DNA from: Candidatus Cloacimonadota bacterium
GTDB taxonomy: Bacteria > Cloacimonadota > Cloacimonadia > Cloacimonadales > Cloacimonadaceae
Assembly: GCA_020532215.1 (NCBI GenBank)
Contig: JAJBBF010000043.1
Span: forward strand, 1-52,807
Direction: 5' to 3'
Length of the DNA stretch: 52,807 nucleotides
Each line of letters starts with the position of its first letter. The stretch's first letter is position 1. Below the pieces are notes generated by a model. It did no database searches, was not told the DNA's origin, and saw nothing but the letters and a program-made list of their open reading frames with translations. The position numbers and the translations under genes are program-made. Below are positions 28,776 through 35,535 of this stretch, in pieces.

Positions 28776-29099
28776 ATGAATAAACCCCAACAGCAAGGCC
28801 AGATCAACATCAAGATCGACGAAAAGGTCGGCGAGGGCACCTATGCCAATTTCTTCGTGATCACCAATTCACCCTCGGAATTCATCATCGATTTCGGCCG
28901 CATCCTGCCCGGGATCCCGGACGCCAGGATCTACACCCGCGTGGTCTGCACGCCCCAGCACTGCAAGCAACTGCTAAACCTGCTGCAAAAGAACATCGAG
29001 GGCTACGAAAAACAATTCGGCGAGATCAAGGTGCAGGGCCTGCCGGAAAACAAATCCGTAGGCTTCAAAACCGGCGACGATTATAAGAAACAGAACTAA
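28776..29099 (+). CDS. DUF3467-family protein
   Basis: GTYANFFVITNSPSEFIIDF...RVVCTPQHCKQLLNLLQKNIEGYEKQFGEI. Confidence 0.85.
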   Translation: MNKPQQQGQINIKIDEKVGEGTYANFFVITNSPSEFIIDFGRILPGIPDARIYTRVVCTPQHCKQLLNLLQKNIEGYEKQFGEIKVQGLPENKSVGFKTGDDYKKQN

Positions 29100-29155
29100 G
29101 CGATAATTCCACCTAAACCGGCATAGGGCGCTGTGCCCGGGTCTAAAAAAATCCC

Positions 29156-29186
29156 TTGCCAAATTTGCGGCCGGGAAATATTGGGA
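29156..29186 (+). promoter_or_regulatory. Putative promoter of TM1266-hydG
   Basis: A-tract, then TTGCCA...AATATT-GGGA; spacing is short (15 bp). Confidence 0.4.
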
Positions 29187-29204
29187 ACACAGCAACAAAC
29201 CTGA

Positions 29205-29272
29205 GATGAGGGATACGTTCCGGCATCGAGGGCGGACAAGTTGTCCCCCTGAAGCTTCAAAGTATCTTCATC
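29205..29272 (+). promoter_or_regulatory. Candidate structured 5' leader (multi-stem junction)
   Basis: gatgagggatac/gtatcttcatc closing stem encloses an agggcggac/gtccccct stem; no known riboswitch recognised. Confidence 0.35.
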
Positions 29273-29302
29273 CCTGTAAAAATACTTAACCAGGAGAATT
29301 AC

Positions 29303-29551
29303 ATGCAGCCTCAGCGGCACATTGTCACCATTGTGGTGGAGGACATCGAAGCGGCTTTCAGCCCAGTTTCGGAACTCATCCACAAATTTGCCCCCCACGT
29401 GCTGATGCGCGTTGGCTATCCCATGCGGGACCGCAACGTATCCGTGATCTTTCTGGTTCTTGAAGCTGATCTGGACACCCTGGGCTCATTTTCCGGCAAA
29501 CTGGGCCAGATCCGCTCCGTGAAAGTGAAAACCATCACTTTGAAGATATAA
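29303..29551 (+). CDS. TM1266-family putative iron-only hydrogenase system regulator
   Basis: 82-aa ACT-like protein (IVTIVVED...RVGYPMRDRNVSVIFLVLE...SGKLGQI) directly upstream of hydG. Confidence 0.85.
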   Translation: MQPQRHIVTIVVEDIEAAFSPVSELIHKFAPHVLMRVGYPMRDRNVSVIFLVLEADLDTLGSFSGKLGQIRSVKVKTITLKI

Positions 29552-29563
29552 CTGGAGTATAAA

Positions 29564-30973
29564 ATGAACATCAACACCGAAGGGGTGAAATCATTTATCC
29601 CCACCGCCACCATCGAAGCGCTGATCGAATCACAGAAAAACGCGCCCGAATCCCGCATCCGCGAGATCATTGCCAAATCCCTGGACAAGAACAGGCTGGA
29701 GCCGGAAGAGACCGCCGCGCTGCTAAGTGTGACCGATCTCGAACTGAAACAGCTGATCCTGGAAGGCGCTCACGAACTCAAGGAACGCATCTACGGCAAC
29801 CGCATTGTGCTCTTCGCGCCGCTTTACGTGGGCAACGAATGCGTGAACGACTGCGTCTATTGCGGCTTCCGCATCTCGAACAAAGAGTGCCTGCGCGCCA
29901 CCCTCAGCCACGAGCAGCTGGTGCGGGAAACCCAGTCCCTGGTGGAAAGGGGCCACAAACGCCTGATCATGGTCTATGGCGAGCATCCCAAATATTCGCC
30001 GGAATTCATTGCCGAAACAGTGCAGACAGTTTACGCCACCAAATACAAAAAAGGCGAGATCCGCCGCGTGAACATCAACGCCGCGCCGGTGGACATCGAG
30101 GGCTTCCGCACCGTGAAATCAGTGGGCATCGGCACCTACCAGATCTTTCAGGAAACCTACCACGAGGAAACCTACCGAAAGCTGCATCCCAGCGGGCCCA
30201 AGAGCAATTTCCTCTGGCGCCTGGATGGCCTTGACCGCGCCATGAAAGCCGGCATCGACGACCTCGGCATCGGCGCCCTGATGGGCCTTTACAACTGGAA
30301 ATTCGAGGTGCTGGGCCTGCTTTACCACACCATCCACCTGGAAGACACCTTCGGCGTGGGGCCGCATACCATCTCCTTCCCGCGCATCGAGCCGGCCAAC
30401 GGAACCGAGTTCACTGAAAAGCCGCCGCATCAGGTTTCGGACGAGGATTTCAAACACCTGGTGGCCGTGATCCGTCTCAGCGTTCCCTACACCGGCATGA
30501 TCCTCACGGCGCGCGAGCCCATTGCCCTCCGCAACGAGGTTTTGCGCTACGGCATCTCCCAGATCGACGCCGGATCCAGCATCGGCGTGGGCGATTATTC
30601 CGCCAAGGACGAGGAATCCCGCAAGAAAAGCCAGTTTGTGCTGGGCGATACCCGCAGCCTGGACGACGTGATCTATGAGCTCGCCCAAGGCGGCTATATT
30701 CCCTCGTTTTGCACCAGCTGCTACCGCGCCGGACGCACCGGGGAACACTTCATGGAATTTGCCATTCCCGGCTTCGTGAAACGCTTTTGCACCCCCAATG
30801 CCCTGCTCACCTTTTCGGAGTATCTGCACGATTTCTCCTCCGAACGCACCCTCAAGGCCGGGCTTCAGCTGATCGACAACGAACTCGCCAAGATCGAGGA
30901 TGAAACCATGCGGGCCTCTGTCACAGCCAAACTGGAGGAGATGAAACAGGGCAAGCGGGACCTTTACTTTTAG
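29564..30973 (+). CDS. hydG: [FeFe]-hydrogenase H-cluster radical SAM maturase HydG
   Basis: CVNDCVYC radical SAM motif, FQETY, GPHTISFPR and C-terminal CTSC-x22-C auxiliary cluster motif. Confidence 0.95.
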   Translation: MNINTEGVKSFIPTATIEALIESQKNAPESRIREIIAKSLDKNRLEPEETAALLSVTDLELKQLILEGAHELKERIYGNRIVLFAPLYVGNECVNDCVYCGFRISNKECLRATLSHEQLVRETQSLVERGHKRLIMVYGEHPKYSPEFIAETVQTVYATKYKKGEIRRVNINAAPVDIEGFRTVKSVGIGTYQIFQETYHEETYRKLHPSGPKSNFLWRLDGLDRAMKAGIDDLGIGALMGLYNWKFEVLGLLYHTIHLEDTFGVGPHTISFPRIEPANGTEFTEKPPHQVSDEDFKHLVAVIRLSVPYTGMILTAREPIALRNEVLRYGISQIDAGSSIGVGDYSAKDEESRKKSQFVLGDTRSLDDVIYELAQGGYIPSFCTSCYRAGRTGEHFMEFAIPGFVKRFCTPNALLTFSEYLHDFSSERTLKAGLQLIDNELAKIEDETMRASVTAKLEEMKQGKRDLYF

Positions 30974-31130
30974 GAGCGGCAGCGGGAAAAGGAACTTCCA
31001 CAAATTACAAGGTTTAACTCGGATCAGAGATGCGTTGTTTTGCTCTCCGAACAATATGGCGAAGCGATTAATCGCTCCGCAAATTCCTCTAACCCGCGGG
31101 CTTGTATCCTGTTGCCTGGTTACCCCTGCT

Positions 31131-31155
31131 GCGGGGGTTGAAACACCCCGCCTAT
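31131..31155. repeat. REP-like hairpin
   Basis: gcgggggttgaaacaccccgcctat palindrome in the intergenic space between convergent genes. Confidence 0.45.
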
Positions 31156-31304
31156 AGTGCTGCACCCAGCACAGGGCGGGGTTGTGTGTCCAGGTTAAGA
31201 TTCTGCTGCTGGGCAGAGTCAGCGCAGGGATTTGGCAACCCAAGATAAGTTGGCATGGTTGATAAGGGATTGCCTCAGTCAGCCACTCGGTTGAAAAATC
31301 CCAT

Positions 31305-31399
31305 TCGGCTCCTGCGATCAATACGGTATTAATACGGGATCAATACGGATGAAATCCGTATTGATCCCGTATTTATCCCGTAATGATACTGGGAGCCGA
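31305..31399. repeat. 95-bp palindrome built from 3+3 phased 11-bp iterations
   Basis: gatcaatacgg/tattaatacgg/gatcaatacgg (31316-31348) mirrored at 31356-31388; perfect 20-bp core arms; tcggctcc/ggagccga ends. Confidence 0.85.
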
Positions 31400-31412
31400 G
31401 CTGGAAAAACGG

Positions 31413-33881
31413 CTAGTTGCGCGCGACGATCCGGAAGAATTTCCTTGCGTCTGTAGTTGAGATGGTGAACTCCACAGTGCCGTCTCCCGGGTTGGGATCG
31501 ATAATGTTATCCCACAGAAGGGTGAAACCGCCATAAGGGTCATCGGAAACATAGATCCCGTAGCTGCTGGCATTGGCGGCTTCGTTCCAGTGGAGCAGCG
31601 CCTCGCCTGGCTGTATAGTTTCCATCCACACATTCTGAGGGATCGCGGGAAGGCCTGCGGCCTGGATGGTGATGGTTCTGCCCCAAGTATCGGTGTTGGG
31701 ATAATAAGGCTGCCAGGTGCCCAAAACATCGTTGTTGGTGATCGGAATGCTGATCTGGGTATTGGTGTAGCCGCTTGGCAAACCGTTCAGAAACCATTGG
31801 GAGTAGCCGAGTTCGGACACCAGATAAAAGACGGCTGGTGCCAGGGAACCGCCCCGGTTGACGGTCTGGTTCGCAGTGCCGTTGATATACATCTGGCTGC
31901 AGCTGATGATGCCGGATTTCACAATATTTCCCCAGCATTTGACCACAAACGCGTTACCTGAGGGATTATCGCGGATCCAGCCATTATTGGTGATGCTTCC
32001 CTGCACCGTGAGGATGCAGCTGCTGGGAGTGGTGTGATTTTGGATGTAGCCGTTGTTCACCAGGTCGCCATAAATGGTTCCAGCCCCATTATAGCTGAGG
32101 GTGCCGGCATTGGTTATGGACTGGAAAGTAACAGAGCTGAGGGTGCCGCCGCTCATATCGATCACGTTTTCCGCCACGCTCTGAATGTTAACCTCCCTGA
32201 GGTTACCAGCGGTGATGTATAGCCCGCTGGGAGCGGTATCAAGGACCAGATCGCAGGAGTTGAAATCCAGCGAGCAGTTCTGGAACCAGATGTCACCAAC
32301 GGCGCGGACCGCTGAAGCGCTGTTGGTGTCGTTGAAACTTACGCTTTGGCAGGGATGGGCCTGGGGAAACATGATGCTTTGCGCAGAAGAAGTGGAAACA
32401 AGGTTTGTGGTCTGGGCTGTCCAGGTGCCATGGTTTTGCAGGTCGCCGCTTACATTCACGATCAGCGTGTTGTTGTCGGGATGGTCGCGCAGCGTTCCGT
32501 AGTTGGGGAAGTTGCCATTAATAAGGACATTGGCTGCACCGCTGCCGCTATCGTTTTGCAGGATCCCGTGATTGACAACGTCGGTGAGCGTGCAGCCGGA
32601 CGCGAAGCTGATATCTCCGTAGAGGGCAAAACTTTGGATAGTGGTGCCCACTCCTCTTATAGCGCTGGCCTGCAGGATGGAAGCGCTGCCTCCCAGGAAA
32701 GTGGAATTATTAGTCCTGCAACCTGTAAGATAGAGGTCAAAATCCTCCCGGGTGCCATCTGACAATGAGAAGGTGCCTCCGTACAGCTGCACACAGTTGT
32801 AAAAATGCAGATCCGAGGCGGCGTGGATGGTCCCCACGGAGGTGTTTACCGTAATGCTGGCAGTGGTCATGAAAGGATGCTCCGCGGAGCTGGACAGGTA
32901 TCTTTCACCTGTACCGTCAAGGGTTAGAGAGATAGGCTGGAAAAAGCCATGATTGTAGATGTTTCCGCTGCTGGTGACAGCCAGTCCATAAAACGCCTCG
33001 GGATAGGATTTCAGTTCTCCGAAATTATCAAAGTCACCTTCCAGGTTGAGGGTTATTCCGCCGCTGGTGGCGAAATTGCACAGCGTGGCCTGATTCACAA
33101 CATCCCTCAGAACAACTCCGTAACCCAGTTGGGTAATGCCGGTGGATTGGACATGGATATCCTCGAGGGTGCAGTTATCGATCCTGCCGTTGCGTGTGTT
33201 TTCCCAGATCAAGGCTCGGGTACCTTCGCTGCTCAAATTTGCCCGCAGGAGATCAACGTTGGTCAAAGCAAGGTCTGCCGATCCTGCCAGGCTAAGGTTG
33301 TAGTTAGTGGAAGCTGTGGAGCGCCAACCAACAAGGTTGGACGCGTGGGAGGAGGAAGCGGCAAAATCCGTGTCGATGTGCAGGGTTATGCCAGCCGTCA
33401 CATCAACAAATTGATATGGCGCCAGGCTGTAGCCCGGGCTTTGGGACAGGTGCCTGTCCTGGCTGCCGGAAAATTTGAAAATCCCGGGTTGGCAGAGTCC
33501 AGCCTGGCTGAAATCGCCGTCGAGGTTCAAAGTGATATAATAGTTCAATGTGCTGAGGGTGCTCACGATCCCGCCATCGTTCAAGAGGGCCAGGTCTCCA
33601 CCAATGTTCACGGTTCCGGGAGCATCAGTGGCGTTCCTGAGCAAAGCCGCGGAACCGTCCACGGTCAGGTTGTGGCAGGCTACCGTCGTCCATGCGGGCA
33701 CGTAAACCGGCCCATAAATGAAAACATCATCTTCGGCTCCCGGAGTTGAAGCGACGTTCCCAACCCAGGTACCAACATTGTTCCAGTTTCCGCCCGCGGC
33801 GGTTGAATAAAAAACGTCCGCGCCCAGGATCCCGATCGATCCGAGCAGCGCTAACAAGACGAAAAATTTGACTGTCTGCAT
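31413..33881 (-). CDS. Large secreted Asn/Gly/Thr-rich beta-solenoid-like surface protein with C-terminal FN3-like domain
   Basis: Signal peptide (ATG 33881 after GGAGG); GNWNNVGTW...DDVFI N-terminus; recurrent G(D/N)xxNxG motifs; LHWNEAANASSYGIY; tail RKFFRIVARN. Confidence 0.8.
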   Translation of the reverse strand: MQTVKFFVLLALLGSIGILGADVFYSTAAGGNWNNVGTWVGNVASTPGAEDDVFIYGPVYVPAWTTVACHNLTVDGSAALLRNATDAPGTVNIGGDLALLNDGGIVSTLSTLNYYITLNLDGDFSQAGLCQPGIFKFSGSQDRHLSQSPGYSLAPYQFVDVTAGITLHIDTDFAASSSHASNLVGWRSTASTNYNLSLAGSADLALTNVDLLRANLSSEGTRALIWENTRNGRIDNCTLEDIHVQSTGITQLGYGVVLRDVVNQATLCNFATSGGITLNLEGDFDNFGELKSYPEAFYGLAVTSSGNIYNHGFFQPISLTLDGTGERYLSSSAEHPFMTTASITVNTSVGTIHAASDLHFYNCVQLYGGTFSLSDGTREDFDLYLTGCRTNNSTFLGGSASILQASAIRGVGTTIQSFALYGDISFASGCTLTDVVNHGILQNDSGSGAANVLINGNFPNYGTLRDHPDNNTLIVNVSGDLQNHGTWTAQTTNLVSTSSAQSIMFPQAHPCQSVSFNDTNSASAVRAVGDIWFQNCSLDFNSCDLVLDTAPSGLYITAGNLREVNIQSVAENVIDMSGGTLSSVTFQSITNAGTLSYNGAGTIYGDLVNNGYIQNHTTPSSCILTVQGSITNNGWIRDNPSGNAFVVKCWGNIVKSGIISCSQMYINGTANQTVNRGGSLAPAVFYLVSELGYSQWFLNGLPSGYTNTQISIPITNNDVLGTWQPYYPNTDTWGRTITIQAAGLPAIPQNVWMETIQPGEALLHWNEAANASSYGIYVSDDPYGGFTLLWDNIIDPNPGDGTVEFTISTTDARKFFRIVARN

Positions 33882-34139
33882 GACTCTCACCTCCAGTGAA
33901 AATGCTGTTGATCGTTATTCGCAGATTCAAATTGATACTGTCAAGCAATAAATTTGAATGACCGTCATAACTTATGAAAAAGCGTGAGCACCAGAGGATT
34001 TGGTGTAATGTTCCATTTCGCGGTTAGCGCCGGATAAAACCTTGATCATCGGTCGCGGAGCGGCAGAAATTCTTGGAAGGTAAGAGCGGTTTTGCTTTCA
34101 GATCTGCAATAACAGTTGGGCTCACCCCACCCAGCTGAT

Positions 34140-34172
34140 AAAAAAACCCGCGTTCGCAGTGAAAACGGGTTT
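34140..34172 (-). terminator. Intrinsic terminator (minus strand)
   Basis: aaacccg/cgggttt stem with a 7-T tract on the minus strand, downstream of the gene ending at 34225. Confidence 0.55.
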
Positions 34173-34224
34173 GGGAAAGGGTTAGGACCTGTTTGGCTAA
34201 CTGTGCAGAGCCGTCAGGCGGGTC

Positions 34225-34593
34225 TCAGACCTCCGGGATCTCGGTTTCGACAACCGGTTCTTCGCCTTCGTCTTCGGTTTTGGCGTAGATCTCGATGTTG
34301 ATGGCGCCTTTGGCCATTTCCGGATAGAAGTCGTCGATGTATTCGCGCACGGTGGTTTCGATGTCCGTGTGCTTGTCCAGGATCTCCTGCGGGAAACCGA
34401 GCTTGATGCTCAGCAGGTTCAGGGTCTGGTTGATGCCGAGTTTGGGTTTGGCGCCGTAAACATTGTTCAGAAATTCAGGCAGGGATTTGTCCAGCTTCGT
34501 AAGCCCGTTGATGCGTTTGTAAGCTTTCAAACCAAAGTGGGCGGCAAGGGCCACGCCACCCATAACCAGCACCTTTTTGAAAAATTTGTTCAT
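34225..34593 (-). CDS. Hypothetical protein with N-terminal membrane anchor
   Basis: 122 aa, AGGAG RBS, hydrophobic N-terminus, typical codon usage. Confidence 0.75.
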   Translation of the reverse strand: MNKFFKKVLVMGGVALAAHFGLKAYKRINGLTKLDKSLPEFLNNVYGAKPKLGINQTLNLLSIKLGFPQEILDKHTDIETTVREYIDDFYPEMAKGAINIEIYAKTEDEGEEPVVETEIPEV

Positions 34594-34613
34594 GATCGTC
34601 TCTCCTTGCTGCT

Positions 34614-35327
34614 TTATTTATAGATGGATTTGATCTTTCCCCAGCTCCGGTTTTGCACGGAAACAGGCTGCTGGACCTGGAGTCCGGCGGCGGAAAACGG
34701 ATTCAACAGGTATTCTCCGTAGCTGAAAGTGACCACGCCGGCGATCTGGGCATATTGGGTGCCGACCGCGGGGGAGGAGGCCTTGCCGCCAAAGCTTTGC
34801 AACACTACTCCGCACTGGCCGCTGCCGTCACTGACAGTGAAACTGCCGTTCCGGGCTTTGGCTCCGGTTACGGCGGAATTCACCAGCCGCACATACACGC
34901 CTTCGTAAGCCTCGGCCTCCATAGCGCTGCCAAGCTGGCCGGTGCTGATGACCGCCGGGCTGGGCAGGGTGCGGTTGCCGTCCAGGACGCGGAAAGAATT
35001 CAGATCGCGGATGCAGGTCATGCCGAAATGCTCGGCAACCTCTCCGCTGAGGCGGACATAGTTTCCCACAAAGGGTTTATAACTGCTGTCCAGAATGTAG
35101 ATGCCGCGCCAGGCACCGCTGATCTTTTCTGAGAGGAAAAAACCTTCCCCGCGGTAGCCGGTGGCGGTGACGATCCCTTCCAGGGTGACCTGCTTTCCCA
35201 GATAGGCAGAGGGATAGGAATTATCCACGCCCCGGGAAGCGGTGTACTGGACATCGTATATGGTGAGGGCGGAAGCCCCCAGGCAAAGGCTGAGCATAAG
35301 GCCGGCCAGCCAGATCGATCTTTTCAT
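34614..35327 (-). CDS. Secreted OB-fold protein (YhcR/ExeM-type nuclease accessory domains) with SWGKIKSIYK tail
   Basis: Signal peptide; TIYDVQ...VTLEGIVTA...GFFL...GIYI...VRLSGEVAE and AEAYEGVYVRL motifs; no catalytic nuclease domain evident. Confidence 0.8.
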   Translation of the reverse strand: MKRSIWLAGLMLSLCLGASALTIYDVQYTASRGVDNSYPSAYLGKQVTLEGIVTATGYRGEGFFLSEKISGAWRGIYILDSSYKPFVGNYVRLSGEVAEHFGMTCIRDLNSFRVLDGNRTLPSPAVISTGQLGSAMEAEAYEGVYVRLVNSAVTGAKARNGSFTVSDGSGQCGVVLQSFGGKASSPAVGTQYAQIAGVVTFSYGEYLLNPFSAAGLQVQQPVSVQNRSWGKIKSIYK

Positions 35328-35343
35328 TTTTGACCTCTTATCG

Positions 35344-35373
35344 CCATTTTGTAACCGCTTGATATATTGTCAA
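35344..35373 (-). promoter_or_regulatory. Putative promoter
   Basis: Minus strand TTGACA-N16-CAAAAT-GG upstream of 35327. Confidence 0.6.
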
Positions 35374-35535
35374 GTAAAATCAAGCCAAGTTTTTGGCCAG
35401 AAGCGCCACAGGCGGCATTAAAGCAACGAGCGATGCAATTTACGTTCCTTAACGGCTTGTAACCTGATGGTTTATACTTTTCATTTGACAAATCTCTGCC
35501 GTCCAAATTCCCTGCGCGGTGATGAGGTATGAGAT

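Noticed and set aside
29198-29275. TPP riboswitch (CTGAGA seen; HydG is ThiH-like)
   Set aside because: The downstream CCTGA..TAAT..GCGNAGG core is absent, and the protein has the HydG-specific C-terminal Cys motif.
30119-31321. 400-aa minus-strand ORF
   Set aside because: Antisense to hydG and running through intergenic repeats; no motifs.
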